A stretch of DNA of 64,000 nucleotides from Acidobacteriota bacterium (GCA_965217775.1 CBDCJH010000002.1:5280001-5344000); one strand, 5' to 3'; positions 9,334-19,818 are shown, numbered from the stretch's first letter. The notes: generated by a model not told the origin, from the letters alone. Numbers and translations: made by a program.

Positions 9334-10266
9334 ATGCAACTCCATCCCTTTGGCAACACGGGTCTTATGGTCTCCCCGCTTGGTTTCGGAGGAGCTCCGG
9401 TCGGTTTCCTGGGAGAGGAACTCAAGGACGTTTCCCGCCTCCTCAACACGCTGCTGGACGAAGGGTTGAACCTGATCGATACGGCGGCCTGCTACCCTGG
9501 ATCGGAGAGGCTCATCGGCGCGGCGGTGAGTCATCGGCGCGGCGAATATGTCCTGGTTACGAAGTGCGGCCACGAAGTGGAGGGGGCCGCCGGACGTGAG
9601 TGGTCTCCCCGGCTCGTGACCAACACCGTGGACCGGGCTCTGAGGCGCCTCCGCACGGATTGCCTCGACGTGATTCTGCTTCACTCCTGCCCTCTTTCGG
9701 TGCTGCAAAAAGGAGACGCGCTGGCTGCCCTGGTGCGGGCCCGGGACCAGGGAAAGATCCGCTTCGTGGGCTATTCGGGGGACAACGAAGCCGCCGCCTA
9801 CGCCGCCGGTCTGACGGATGTGGCGGTGGTCCAGACCTCCGTAAGCATCTGTGACCAGTCCAATATCGATTCGGTGCTTCCCCGCACGCGGGAAGGGGGA
9901 CAGGGCGTGTTGGCGAAACGGCCGCTGGCCAACGCCGCGTGGAAGGACCTGTCGGCCCAGCGGGGCATTTACCGGAATTACGCCAGATCCTATATGGCAC
10001 GCTTGCAGTCCATGGGTTTCACGCCGGCCGATCTGGGATTCGAGGGCGATCCGGCTCGGGTATGGCCCGGCATCGCGTTGCGCTTCACCCTCTCTCAACC
10101 GGGAGTTCATTGCGCCATCGCAGGCACCACCAGCATTCACAACGCCAGGGCCAATCTCCGGGCCGCCGGTCAGGGTCCGCTGGCCGATCCGATCGTCCGA
10201 AAAATTCGCCGGGCCTTTCGCTCCGCACAGTCTGCGTCGGGCGAGGACTGGCGCGGTTTGACCTGA
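9334..10266 (+). CDS. Aldo/keto reductase
   Basis: GNTGLMVSPLGFG, IDTAACY, LRRLRTDCLDVILLH, GKIRFVGYS. Confidence 0.9.
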   Translation: MQLHPFGNTGLMVSPLGFGGAPVGFLGEELKDVSRLLNTLLDEGLNLIDTAACYPGSERLIGAAVSHRRGEYVLVTKCGHEVEGAAGREWSPRLVTNTVDRALRRLRTDCLDVILLHSCPLSVLQKGDALAALVRARDQGKIRFVGYSGDNEAAAYAAGLTDVAVVQTSVSICDQSNIDSVLPRTREGGQGVLAKRPLANAAWKDLSAQRGIYRNYARSYMARLQSMGFTPADLGFEGDPARVWPGIALRFTLSQPGVHCAIAGTTSIHNARANLRAAGQGPLADPIVRKIRRAFRSAQSASGEDWRGLT

Positions 10267-10271
10267 ATCTC

Positions 10272-10850
10272 ATGACCTTCCACCCTGCCGACTACGGACC
10301 GATTCTGGCCACGTTGCTGGACCCGGGACGTCTTCCGGAGTTGGGACCTGGCCGGCCCGACCCGAAGGTCCGGGGTTTGGTGGATGCGGTGACGCCGGAC
10401 AAGGCCTTTGCCCATACGAGTCTCGTGGACCGGGAAATGGCCCGTGCCTGTCTGGCCGGTCTCTGGCTCCACCATGACCATCTGGACCGCTCTCACGCAG
10501 TCAGCCAGACGATTCACTCGGCTACCGGAAGCTACTGGCACGGGATCATGCATCGGCGGGAGGGAGACTACCCCAACGCCAAGTACTGGTTTCGCCGGAC
10601 CGGGGAGCATCCGGTCTTTCCGGACTTGGCTCGGAGCGCTGCACCTCTGACGGCCGGTTCCGGAGCCGGTGCCGAACGGTTGACTTCCGGAGAGCGCTGG
10701 GACCCGTACGCCTTCGTCGATCTGTGCCAGGACTGTGTCTCAGGCCGCTCGGACCGTGAGGCACTCTGCCGGCAGATCCAGCGTCTGGAATGGGAACTTC
10801 TCTTCGGCTTCTGTTATCGGCGCGCCACGGGTATCGGCAACGCGCCCTGA
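10272..10850 (+). CDS. Conserved hypothetical protein
   Basis: ATG 5 nt after the AKR stop; motif SYWHGIMHRREGDYPNAKYWFRR. Confidence 0.7.
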   Translation: MTFHPADYGPILATLLDPGRLPELGPGRPDPKVRGLVDAVTPDKAFAHTSLVDREMARACLAGLWLHHDHLDRSHAVSQTIHSATGSYWHGIMHRREGDYPNAKYWFRRTGEHPVFPDLARSAAPLTAGSGAGAERLTSGERWDPYAFVDLCQDCVSGRSDREALCRQIQRLEWELLFGFCYRRATGIGNAP

Positions 10851-10881
10851 GTCGCGAGAAGTAGGAAGCAAGGACCGAAAG

Positions 10882-11712
10882 ATGCCGAGACTGCAGGATC
10901 AGGTGGCCATCGTGACCGGAGGAGCCCAGGGTCTGGGAGGCGCCATTGCCCGGGGCATCGCCGCCGAGGGAGCCTCGGTTCTGATTGCCGACATCGATCT
11001 GGAAGGGTCCCGCAGGAACGTCCGGAGGATTCAGGCGGCCGGCAATACTGCGCTGGCGCTGCGGACCGACGTCAGCCGGAGAGAAGACCTGCAGGCGGCC
11101 GTGGAGCGGGCGGTTCGAGAATGGGGAAGGCTGGACATCCTGGTGAACAACGCCTTCGACGTTTCCACCGCCGGGACCGGAGGAGCCGTTCAGGTTTCGG
11201 AAGAGGACTGGGACGCCGGCATGAACGTCATGGTCAAGGCCATCTACCGGGCGGTCAAGCATGCGGTGCCCGAGATGATCAAGAGCGGCGCCGGGAGCAT
11301 CGTCAACATCTCTTCGGTCCACGGCTTGCTGACGGCTCCCGGTTTTCTCGTGTACGAGACCGCCAAAGCCGCGGTTATCGGCATGACTCGTCAGATGGCC
11401 TGCGAGTACGGCCCCGACGGGATTCGCGTCAACTCGATTCTGCCCGGTCACATGGTGACGGAGCGCCTCCAGCCCATGTGGGACGAAAATCCATCCGGAC
11501 ACGCCTACTTCCGGAATCAGTACCCCCTCCGGCGCTTGGGTACCACCGAGGATATCGCGCAAGGTGCGGTCTTCCTGTGTTCGGAGGAAGCGTCCTTCAT
11601 CACCGGCCACGCTCTGGTCATCGACGGTGGACTCTCAATTCAGCTTCAGGAGAACTTCGGGGTTCGCCAGGGACGGTACATGGTGGAGCACCCCGAAACT
11701 CGAATTCCTTAG
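10882..11712 (+). CDS. Short-chain dehydrogenase/reductase (SDR)
   Basis: TGGAQGLG, LDILVNNA, NISS, YETAK catalytic motif, IRVNSILPG. Confidence 0.93.
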   Translation: MPRLQDQVAIVTGGAQGLGGAIARGIAAEGASVLIADIDLEGSRRNVRRIQAAGNTALALRTDVSRREDLQAAVERAVREWGRLDILVNNAFDVSTAGTGGAVQVSEEDWDAGMNVMVKAIYRAVKHAVPEMIKSGAGSIVNISSVHGLLTAPGFLVYETAKAAVIGMTRQMACEYGPDGIRVNSILPGHMVTERLQPMWDENPSGHAYFRNQYPLRRLGTTEDIAQGAVFLCSEEASFITGHALVIDGGLSIQLQENFGVRQGRYMVEHPETRIP

Positions 11713-11793
11713 TTCGTGTTTCCGAAGTCCGGGATGGGTCCGGCGTTGCACGACCACAGGTCTGTTGCCACAGGTGGAGTGTAGGATTCCGTC

Positions 11794-12726
11794 ATGCGCC
11801 TGTGGCTGATGGCTTGTCTCCTGGCCTTTACGGCTTCTTCGGTCCGGGGCCAGGACAGAATCCGCGTCGGCGCCTGGAACATCGAGACCCTGGGATCGCC
11901 CGAAAGCCGGGACTATCTGCGGAAGTCTCCCTCCAACGGTTACGGCGTGGCTCGAAAGCCGCCGGAACTGGCGGATCTGATCGAAGCTCTGCGACTCGAC
12001 GTGCTCGCCCTTTCCGAGATCGACGACACCAAAGCCGGGGACGGCACGGCGACGAACCGGGTACTGGACGAGGCCTTCGCGATTCTGAATCGCCGTTCCG
12101 GCAACGACTGGACGTATGGGTTGTTCCCCAAACGGATCCGCCGGCATAGCTCCCAACACACGGGTCTGGCCTGGAACCGTCGGCGCATTCGAGCCGTGGG
12201 CAGGCGTTTCCGGGTGCCTGTCACCGACGTCACCTCACGCCGGTTCTTCGAGTGGGACCGGCATCCCCACGCCATGAAGTTCACTCGGGGAAGAGGCCGC
12301 ACTGATTTCGTGGTGATTCCCATCCACATGAAGGCGGGACGAAATGAGGCGGCCGTGAAGCAGAGGCGGAGTGAAGCGGAGGCGCTGGTCCGGGAGTTAT
12401 CGGAGATCCAAGATCATTTTCAGGACCAGGACATCATTCTCATCGGCGATTTCAATATGCTTCGGCGCAGCGAACCGGCCGGCCGCGTTTACCGGAGGAA
12501 GGGAGGTCTGTTCGATCTGAACTATTCCGATCGATCCACCCATATCGCCGATCTTCCCTTCGACCGGTGCTACATCCCAAGGGCCCAGCGGGAGAACGAG
12601 TTCGCCGGCGTCACCCAGGTTCGGATCGACGCGCCGCCGCCGCCGGCCCAAAGACGCTTCCGCCGCCAGTTCTCCGATCATTGGCCCATCGTCCTCGAGT
12701 TCGCGGAGCAGGCCGACGACGATTGA
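11794..12726 (+). CDS. Secreted endonuclease/exonuclease/phosphatase (DNase I-like) protein
   Basis: Signal peptide, AWNIE, DVLALSE, IGDFN, SDHWP. Confidence 0.85.
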   Translation: MRLWLMACLLAFTASSVRGQDRIRVGAWNIETLGSPESRDYLRKSPSNGYGVARKPPELADLIEALRLDVLALSEIDDTKAGDGTATNRVLDEAFAILNRRSGNDWTYGLFPKRIRRHSSQHTGLAWNRRRIRAVGRRFRVPVTDVTSRRFFEWDRHPHAMKFTRGRGRTDFVVIPIHMKAGRNEAAVKQRRSEAEALVRELSEIQDHFQDQDIILIGDFNMLRRSEPAGRVYRRKGGLFDLNYSDRSTHIADLPFDRCYIPRAQRENEFAGVTQVRIDAPPPPAQRRFRRQFSDHWPIVLEFAEQADDD

Positions 12727-12751
12727 CCGCGCGGCAACAAGCCGCATGGGT

Positions 12752-12818
12752 CGCTCCGGTTTGGACGGAAGAGGGCGCCCACAAGGGGGAAGAGGGCACC
12801 CACAAGGGGCGTCCCTAC
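12752..12818 (-). repeat. GTAG-type REP element (tandem palindrome)
   Basis: Minus strand reads GTAGGGACGCCCCTTGTGGGTGCCCTC followed by a partial second copy; lies between convergent genes; similar to 39085-39130. Confidence 0.7.
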
Positions 12819-12821
12819 GCC

Positions 12822-14144
12822 TCACCAGCCCTTCCAACTGCCGTCGGCGTGCCGGTACTGGCGGTAGGACATTTTGGCGTCATAGCGAAGCTTGGCGATG
12901 TCGGCTTCCTTGACCCGGATCCCGAGACCGGGACGGTCGCTGAGCCGGACGTGGCCGTCCACCAGCGAAAGGTCATGCTCCACGTACCGGCCCATCCGTT
13001 CCAGCCCCCAGGCTTCCTGGACCAGGAAATTGGAGATGACGGCATCCGCCTGAAACAGGGCCGCCAAATGGATGGGCCCCGACGCGTTGTGGGGCGCCAT
13101 CAGGATCTGGGCCTCCTCGGCCAGGCGCGAGATGGCCAGGAACTGGGTGATGCCGAAGGCATGGCTCAGGTCGGGCTGAAGAAAGGCGCAGGCTCGTGCA
13201 TCGATGACATCCTTGAATTCCCGGTAGGAGAAGAGCTTTTCCCCCGTAGCGATGGGAACCGGGCTGCGCGCCGAGATCTCCTTGAGCGCCGCGATGGATC
13301 CCACCTTGCAAGGTTCCTCCAGGAAGAGAGGCTGGTAGGGAGCCACGGCGTCGGCGAAGGCGATGGCCAGGGCCGGAGTGGGACTGCCGTGGGTGTCCAG
13401 CATCAGGTCGATCTCCGGTCCCACCTCCTCCCGAACGGCCGCCACGATCCGGACGCACTCGTCCAAGGCTCCCCGGTCCATGGGCCAGGTCCGCATCTCC
13501 AGCGGGTTTCCCTTGAGGCCTCGAACTCCCGAGGCGACGGCGGCGCGAGCCCGGGCCACGGCCTCCTGGATCGATTCGAAGCTGATCCCGCCGTGGTAGA
13601 CGCGGATTCGGTCTCGCTTCCGGCCTCCCAGGATCTGGTAGACGGGGACACCCCAAGCCTTGCCGGCGATGTCATAGAGAGCCATGTTCACCGCCGCCAG
13701 GGCAGAACCCAGAACCGGGCCGCCCTTCCAGGGAAGCCGGTCCGAGATGTCGTCGCACAGAGCGACCACGTTCAGAGGATTTTGGCCCACCAAAAGCTCC
13801 CGCCAGCCCTCCAGCGTCGTTTTCACCGCCGGCGAAAGCCATTCGATACTGGCTTCCCCCCATCCGGAGAGCTCCGTATCGGTCTCGATCTTGAGAAACA
13901 GCCAGGTCTTGAAGCTGCTGGCGATGCTCCTTCGGACCCCCTTCCTGGGAGGAGGACTTCCAGTCGGCACGTTGAACATGTAGGTCTTCATTCCGGTGAT
14001 TTTCATGGGTCCTGTTCTTCTCCGCCTGGGAGGCTCCTGTGGCCTCGGTGTGGACGCAAAAAGGGCACCGGCCGACGATCCGAGGCCCGCCGTGGCGATC
14101 AGGAAATCACGACGGTCCAGGCCATCCGCTCGGCATGGGAGCAT
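12822..14144 (-). CDS. Mandelate racemase/muconate lactonizing enzyme family dehydratase (DgoD-like) with a Tat-like leader
   Basis: GWGEA, ALYDIAGKAWGVPVYQILGG, LMLDTHG, FLEEP, IATGEK, APHN. Start is either 14144 (DRRDFL leader) or 14006. Confidence 0.85.
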   Translation of the reverse strand: MLPCRADGLDRRDFLIATAGLGSSAGALFASTPRPQEPPRRRRTGPMKITGMKTYMFNVPTGSPPPRKGVRRSIASSFKTWLFLKIETDTELSGWGEASIEWLSPAVKTTLEGWRELLVGQNPLNVVALCDDISDRLPWKGGPVLGSALAAVNMALYDIAGKAWGVPVYQILGGRKRDRIRVYHGGISFESIQEAVARARAAVASGVRGLKGNPLEMRTWPMDRGALDECVRIVAAVREEVGPEIDLMLDTHGSPTPALAIAFADAVAPYQPLFLEEPCKVGSIAALKEISARSPVPIATGEKLFSYREFKDVIDARACAFLQPDLSHAFGITQFLAISRLAEEAQILMAPHNASGPIHLAALFQADAVISNFLVQEAWGLERMGRYVEHDLSLVDGHVRLSDRPGLGIRVKEADIAKLRYDAKMSYRQYRHADGSWKGW

Positions 14145-14151
14145 GGTGGTG

Positions 14152-14994
14152 TCAATGGTTCGAAGCTGTTTCCAACCTCGATTCAATCTCTCGCAGGTAG
14201 GAAATGCTCTCTCGGGCGATTCGCTCGCCACCGGCCTGGAAATCGAAGACCTCCAAGGAAACCCAGCCCCCATAGTTCCGATCCCGAAGGAATCGGAGAA
14301 GGCGTTCGAAGTCCACGTCGCCGGTGCCGGGGTGGCGGCCGTCGATCTCGTTCACGTGGACGTGGCGAATTCGGGACCAGTAACGCTCGGCCAGACTGAG
14401 GAAGTCGCCCCCCTCATCGGCAGCGTTGTGACAGTCGAACATGGTCCGGACGTGACCATGGGAGACCCGGTCCACCACTTCGACCGCTTCCGCCAGAGTG
14501 GAGACCACATCCGTCTCCTCGCTCGAAACGGCCTCCATCAGGAGCGTCACGTCCCGGTCCCTCGCCGCGGGGGCCAGCTCGGACAGTCCCTCGGCGAGTC
14601 GTCCCAGCGCTTCTTGGGTCGTCATTCCGTCCCGAGTGTTCCGCTGTTGGGGCGAGCCGAGGATCATGAGATGTCCTCCCAGGTCCGCGCAGAAGTCGAT
14701 GAGCCGTGAGAGATAGGACCAACTCTTCTCCCTCAGGGTCCGGTCCCGGGTCGTCAGATGGAGTCCCCTGGGCTTGACCAGGAGCCAGTGAATCCCCGAG
14801 CAGACCATTCCCTCTCCTTCGATGGTCTGCCGAAGCTGCCGCCGGCGGCGGGGCGAGATCTGATCCACCGAGTCGGCCAGCGTGAAGGGGGCCACCTCCA
14901 GGCCCCGGTACCCCAGTTTGCGAACGGTCCGGCAGGTCCGGGCCAAGTCCTGTTCCCCAAAGATCTCACTGCAGATCGCATGTTTCAGTCGCAA
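14152..14994 (-). CDS. Sugar phosphate isomerase/epimerase (xylose isomerase-like TIM barrel)
   Basis: GYRGLE, LMEAV, MFDCHN, HVHVNE, PGTGDVDF, WVSLEVF; TTG start after GGGAG. Confidence 0.85.
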   Translation of the reverse strand: MRLKHAICSEIFGEQDLARTCRTVRKLGYRGLEVAPFTLADSVDQISPRRRRQLRQTIEGEGMVCSGIHWLLVKPRGLHLTTRDRTLREKSWSYLSRLIDFCADLGGHLMILGSPQQRNTRDGMTTQEALGRLAEGLSELAPAARDRDVTLLMEAVSSEETDVVSTLAEAVEVVDRVSHGHVRTMFDCHNAADEGGDFLSLAERYWSRIRHVHVNEIDGRHPGTGDVDFERLLRFLRDRNYGGWVSLEVFDFQAGGERIARESISYLREIESRLETASNH

Positions 14995-15118
14995 GACGCC
15001 ACTCCCGTCCCCGCTTCGGCCGAATCGCCGAAGGCTTGTGCTGTAGTATAGAAACCCTTGTCGAAAGTCTCCACGGGATGCGAGGAACTCCGAAGACTGG
15101 GAAACACTGGAGGGTCGG

Positions 15119-16099
15119 GTGAAGCGGCGGGAGTTTCTCCGCAAGTCGTGCCTGTTTTCCAGCACCTCTTTGGCAACGGCCCTTCTTTCGCAAGATCCGG
15201 AATCGTCCCGGGCATGGTCGGCGGGGCCGGCTGACCCCCGGCGGGTGTTGGTGTTCATCGAGTTGGCCGGAGGCTGCGATGGCCTCAACTCGCTGGTCCC
15301 GCACGGCCTGGATGACTACTACCGGCAACGCCCGAATCTGGCCATTCCTCCCGCGGCCGTCCTGAAGCTGGACCATGCCGTCGGATTCCATCCCTCGCTC
15401 GAAGGATTCAAGCGGTTGTTCGACGCGGGAAAGATGGCTCTGGTTCAAGGAGTGGGCTATCCCGATCCGAATCGATCTCATTTCCGGTCCAGAAAGATCT
15501 GGCATACGGCCCGGCTGGAAACCGAGGCTGAGGGCGGCTTTCCGGACCGCAAGTGCCTGCCGGAACTTGGAATGCGGTTGACGGACGGGGCTCTCGCCGC
15601 GAATCTGGCGGCCATCGCCCGCATCATCGCAGCCGGGACGGGAGTCCGGGTGTTCTACACGTCCATGGGCGGCTTCGACACCCATGCCTTCCAGGTGGTT
15701 CCGGGAAATCCGACCCGGGGCATCCATGCCCGCCTCCTCTTTACGCTTTCCACCGCGGTCACCGCTTTCTTGCACGACCTGACCCGCCGAGGTCGGGAAG
15801 AACATGTCCTCGTCGTGATCTTCAGCGAGTTCGGACGCCGTCTGGCGGAGAACGGGACCTTCGGCACCGACCACGGAACCGCCAATCCCATGTTCATCAT
15901 CGGCAAGGGCGTGGTCCCGGGGCTGCACGGGCGCCACCCGGGACTGTCTCGCGAGGAGCTGACGCCTGCTGGAGACCTGGTTCACACGGTGGACTTCCGC
16001 AGCGTCTACGCCGGGATTTTGCCCGGTTGGGCGGGAATCCAAGCCCGATGCCCGCCCGCTCCTATCCGGGAGGCCGGGTCCGGCCCCGTGATAATATGA
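15119..16099 (+). CDS. DUF1501-family Tat-exported protein (appears short internally)
   Basis: MKRREFL, LAGGCDGLN, NRSHFRS, GGFDTH, SEFGRR, GTDHG, VDFRSVY. Confidence 0.8.
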   Translation: MKRREFLRKSCLFSSTSLATALLSQDPESSRAWSAGPADPRRVLVFIELAGGCDGLNSLVPHGLDDYYRQRPNLAIPPAAVLKLDHAVGFHPSLEGFKRLFDAGKMALVQGVGYPDPNRSHFRSRKIWHTARLETEAEGGFPDRKCLPELGMRLTDGALAANLAAIARIIAAGTGVRVFYTSMGGFDTHAFQVVPGNPTRGIHARLLFTLSTAVTAFLHDLTRRGREEHVLVVIFSEFGRRLAENGTFGTDHGTANPMFIIGKGVVPGLHGRHPGLSREELTPAGDLVHTVDFRSVYAGILPGWAGIQARCPPAPIREAGSGPVII

Positions 16100-16103
16100 G
16101 CCC

Positions 16104-17339
16104 ATGAGGCGAACCCGGATATTCACACCCGGACCGACTCCCGTCTCACCGTCCGCACAACTGGCCATGGCCAGTCCCCTGGTCCACCATCGCAAGGACG
16201 AGTTCCGGGAATTGCTGCTCGAGACTCGATCCCACCTTCAGGCTCTCTTCAGGACCAACAACGATGTCGTCATCCTCACTGCGTCCGGGACCGGAGCCAT
16301 GGAAGCTTCGGTGAGCAACCTCCTCTCCTCCGAGACCCGAGCCCTGGCGGTCTCTGCCGGGAAGTTCGGTGATCGCTGGGTCCGGATCTGCCGGGCCTTC
16401 AACGTGCCCTGCCAAATTCTGGAGAAACCGTACGGTGAAGCGGCCTCGGACCTGGAGATCCAACGCGCTCTGGAGGCCAACCCGGATACCCGTGCCCTGT
16501 TGATCCAGGGCTGCGAGAGTTCCACCGCCACCATCCACGACCTGGAATCCATCGCCCGGATGGTCCGCAACCGTTTCCCCGAAGTCCTGGTGGTGGTGGA
16601 TGCGATTACGGCATTGGGGAGTCAGCCGGTGGAGACGGACGCCTGGGGTCTGGACGTGGTCATCGGCGGCGCCCAGAAGGCTTTTGCGATCCCGCCCGGC
16701 CTCTCCTTTCTGTCTCTGAGTTCCCGCGCGCTGACCGCGATCCGGGCTTGTCCCGGACCGCGTTTCTACTTCGACCTTCTCAAGGAGGTGAAGGGACAGC
16801 GCCGGGGGCAAACGGGGCTGACTCCTGCCGTGGCTCTGGTGCAGGCGCTGAACAAGACAAGCCGGGAAATGGTCGAGCAGGGTCTGGACCGGATTCTGGA
16901 GCAGGTCGAGGTCCGGGCGCGATGTGCGAGGCGAGGATTGGCAGCCCTCGGTTTCAGACAGCTCTCCTCCGCGCCGGCCAACGCCTTGACCGCCTGCTTT
17001 CCGCCTCCGGGGATCGACGCGGCCAGTCTGATCCAAATCCTTCAGGAGCGATTCGGGATCGTCGTAGCGGGCGGGCAGGGTGTTCTGAAGGGGAAGATCA
17101 TCCGTATCGGACACCTGGGCTACTTCGATCTGGTCGATGTCTTCGCGGTGATTTCGGCCATTGAGGTCTGTCTTCCGGAACTGGGCTCCCGTATCGACCT
17201 GGGGGCCGGCATCAAGGCGGCGATGCAGGAAGCCGTGACGCCGATTTCCACAGTCTGTGGTGAAAGTTCCGCGAGCACCGAGACCGTTCCTGCGCCCGCC
17301 GGACATGGCGCGATGAGGGAGCATACTCGGAGTATGTGA
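16104..17339 (+). CDS. Class V aminotransferase (alanine-glyoxylate/serine-pyruvate type); last ~30 aa are MITE-derived
   Basis: TPGPTP, SGTGAMEA, VDAITALG, GAQKAF (PLP Lys), IRIGHLG. Confidence 0.9.
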   Translation: MRRTRIFTPGPTPVSPSAQLAMASPLVHHRKDEFRELLLETRSHLQALFRTNNDVVILTASGTGAMEASVSNLLSSETRALAVSAGKFGDRWVRICRAFNVPCQILEKPYGEAASDLEIQRALEANPDTRALLIQGCESSTATIHDLESIARMVRNRFPEVLVVVDAITALGSQPVETDAWGLDVVIGGAQKAFAIPPGLSFLSLSSRALTAIRACPGPRFYFDLLKEVKGQRRGQTGLTPAVALVQALNKTSREMVEQGLDRILEQVEVRARCARRGLAALGFRQLSSAPANALTACFPPPGIDAASLIQILQERFGIVVAGGQGVLKGKIIRIGHLGYFDLVDVFAVISAIEVCLPELGSRIDLGAGIKAAMQEAVTPISTVCGESSASTETVPAPAGHGAMREHTRSM

Positions 17340-17409
17340 CCGAATCGCAACGCAGTCCGCCGGGATGCAGGGACGGTCGAATGCCGTGGCGACTTTTGCC
17401 ACGGGCTGT
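17250..17409. mobile_element. 160-bp palindromic MITE, copy 2
   Basis: ACAGTCTGTGG...CCACGGGCTGT. Supplies the aminotransferase stop and abuts the ftsY stop; no intact TA duplication. Confidence 0.85.
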
Positions 17410-18348
17410 TCAGCACAGGATAGAGTCCACGAAGGTCTGACGATCGAAGGGCGCCAGGTCCTCCAACCCCTCTCCCGTGCCGACGAAACGGATGGGAATC
17501 TTCAGCTGACTGGCGATTGCGGCGATGATCCCCCCTTTGGCGGTGCCGTCCAGCTTGGTGACGACGATTCCGGTGACGCCGAGGGCGGTCAAGAACTCCC
17601 GAGCCTGGATGAGGCCGTTCTGTCCGGTTGTCGCGTCCAGAACCAGGTAGACGTCGTGTGGCGCGCCGGGGACCAGCCTGCCGGCGACACGAGCCATTTT
17701 CTTGACCTCTTCCATGAGATTTCGCTTGGTGTGCAACCGGCCGGCCGTATCGGCGATGAGGACGTCCTTGTTGCGGGCCTTCGCCGCCTGCAAGGCGTCG
17801 TGCAAGACTGCCGCGGGATCGGTCGCGCCCCGCTGCATGATCAAGTCGGCCCGGCTACGGCGGCACCAGACGCTCAGTTGTTCCACCGCGGCGGCACGAA
17901 ATGTGTCCGACGCCGCGACGATGGTGCTCTTGCCGGCCCGGGCGTAACGATGGGCCAGTTTGCCGATGGTCGTCGTCTTGCCGACACCGTTGACTCCCAC
18001 CATCAGTACCACGTGTGGTTTCCGGACCCATTCTTCCTGCCAACCAGGAGCCTCGAACAGCTCGAGGAGTTTGGAAGCCAGGAGCTTCCGAGCCTGGCCG
18101 GAACTGATCGACTGTTTTCGCCGGTTTTCCTGACGGATTTTCTCAACCAGGCGTTCGCTGGTCTCGACTCCCAGGTCGGCCCCGATGAGGAGATACTCCA
18201 ACTCCTCCAACTGTTCCGGTGAGATGGGACTCTCCCGAGGTCCCAGCAACTCGTTCACCCTTCGGCTCAGCTCCCGGCGGGTCGCCTGAAGCGCTCTCTT
18301 CAAGCGTCCGAAATAGCCGGGTCGTTCTTTTGGCTTTGACGGATTCAT
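17410..18348 (-). CDS. ftsY: Signal recognition particle receptor FtsY
   Basis: [37 protein letters not shown]. Confidence 0.97.
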   Translation of the reverse strand: MNPSKPKERPGYFGRLKRALQATRRELSRRVNELLGPRESPISPEQLEELEYLLIGADLGVETSERLVEKIRQENRRKQSISSGQARKLLASKLLELFEAPGWQEEWVRKPHVVLMVGVNGVGKTTTIGKLAHRYARAGKSTIVAASDTFRAAAVEQLSVWCRRSRADLIMQRGATDPAAVLHDALQAAKARNKDVLIADTAGRLHTKRNLMEEVKKMARVAGRLVPGAPHDVYLVLDATTGQNGLIQAREFLTALGVTGIVVTKLDGTAKGGIIAAIASQLKIPIRFVGTGEGLEDLAPFDRQTFVDSILC

Positions 18349-18956
18349 CTTGTGTTGTCACTCGGCGTAAGTACGTATTCCTCGAAGTTGCACCGGAGTC
18401 GTCGCCGTTGACCCTGATCCAGGCTCGACAGGGTCCGCTCCAGTTGGTGCGTCAGCTCCCGGCAGAAGGCCATCAGGTTGGGCACGCGTATTCCTTCCAG
18501 AGACAGCGACGTGGCCGTGGAGGTCAACTCATCGGGGAACGACCGATGAAAGAGGTTGACTCCGATGCCGATGATGGCCCACCGGATCCGATCCCTTTGG
18601 GATCCCATCTCGATCAGAATGCCGGCGCACTTCTTGCCGCTCAACAGCACGTCGTTGGGCAGCTTGATGCGCAGGGCCGCCGCCGGCCCACTCCAGGTGG
18701 CGATGGCTCGAACCACACCCACGGCCGCGGCCCGGGTCAGATCCTCGGCCCGGCGAACCTCGGAGGCGGGAAAGCAGAGATAGGACGCGTAGAGTCCCAT
18801 GTCCCTCGGAGAATGCCACGAGCGTCCGTAGCGTCCGCGCCCCCCGGTCTGCTCTTCGGCGACGGCCATGCGGGCCTTCCCCGATTCGATGAACACCTTC
18901 AGGTAGTCGCTGGTCGAGTCGACTCTGGCCAGGTAGTCCAACTGCCGGAAACGCAT
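18345..18956 (-). CDS. birA: Biotin-[acetyl-CoA carboxylase] ligase (catalytic domain only)
   Basis: DSTS, QTGGRGRYGRSW, KLPND, KKCAGILIE, GIGVN. Confidence 0.88.
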   Translation of the reverse strand: MRFRQLDYLARVDSTSDYLKVFIESGKARMAVAEEQTGGRGRYGRSWHSPRDMGLYASYLCFPASEVRRAEDLTRAAAVGVVRAIATWSGPAAALRIKLPNDVLLSGKKCAGILIEMGSQRDRIRWAIIGIGVNLFHRSFPDELTSTATSLSLEGIRVPNLMAFCRELTHQLERTLSSLDQGQRRRLRCNFEEYVLTPSDNTR

Positions 18957-18975
18957 CTTCGAACTCAGACTCCGC

Positions 18976-19818
18976 TCAATCCCGGTCCAACATCAGGCTG
19001 ATGTCGCAGGCGGCGACGGAGTGGGTCAAGGAACCCATGGAAATGAAGTCGACGCCGGTCTCAGCGTAAGCTTGAAGGTTCTGGCCGGTGATGCCGCCTG
19101 AGACCTCCACGAGGCACCGGCCCGCGCAGGCGGCGACCGATCGCCGGACCTCCTCCACCGGCATGTTGTCCAGCAGGACGGCGTCCGCTCCCGCGTCCAG
19201 AGCGTCGGCCAGTTCGTCCTGATTGGTGACCTCCACCTGGATCCGCTGCAGATGACCGCAGCGCGTCCGGCACGCCCGCACGGCCGCAACGACGCCCCCG
19301 GCGGCGGCGATGTGGTTTTCCTTGATGAGAACGCCGTCATCCAGCCCCATCCGATGATTCTGTCCGCCCCCCATTCGGACCGCGTATTTCTCCAGGCTGC
19401 GCCAGAGTGGCGTGGTTTTCCGAGTATCCAGGACGCGGACACGGCTGGAAGCGATCCGGTCCACGCAGCCGCGGGTCTGGGTGGCGATCCCGCAGAGTCG
19501 CTGGAGGAAATTCAACGCGACTCTCTCGGCTTTCAGGAGGATGGAAACGGACCCTTCCAGGGTTCCGACGCAACCCGGCTCGACCCAGTCCCCCTCGCCG
19601 TATCGAACTTGCCCGGCGACAGGGCCCAGGAGCTGAAAAACCCGGATGAAGACCGGCCAACCGGCCAGGACCATCCGCTGGCGAGCCAGAACCTGAGCCG
19701 TCCGGACCGCATCGGCATGGGGATTGGACTGCAGTATGGCCCCGGTCGTAATGTCGCCTCGTCCCAGGTCCTCCTGGAGGGCTCGGCGAAGCAGGGGGTC
19801 AAGGCTCAGGAAGTCCAT
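18976..19818 (-). CDS. nadC: Nicotinate-nucleotide pyrophosphorylase (carboxylating)
   Basis: GDITT, ERVALN, DTRKTTP, NHRMGL, IKENH, LLDNM, SGGI. Confidence 0.96.
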   Translation of the reverse strand: MDFLSLDPLLRRALQEDLGRGDITTGAILQSNPHADAVRTAQVLARQRMVLAGWPVFIRVFQLLGPVAGQVRYGEGDWVEPGCVGTLEGSVSILLKAERVALNFLQRLCGIATQTRGCVDRIASSRVRVLDTRKTTPLWRSLEKYAVRMGGGQNHRMGLDDGVLIKENHIAAAGGVVAAVRACRTRCGHLQRIQVEVTNQDELADALDAGADAVLLDNMPVEEVRRSVAACAGRCLVEVSGGITGQNLQAYAETGVDFISMGSLTHSVAACDISLMLDRD

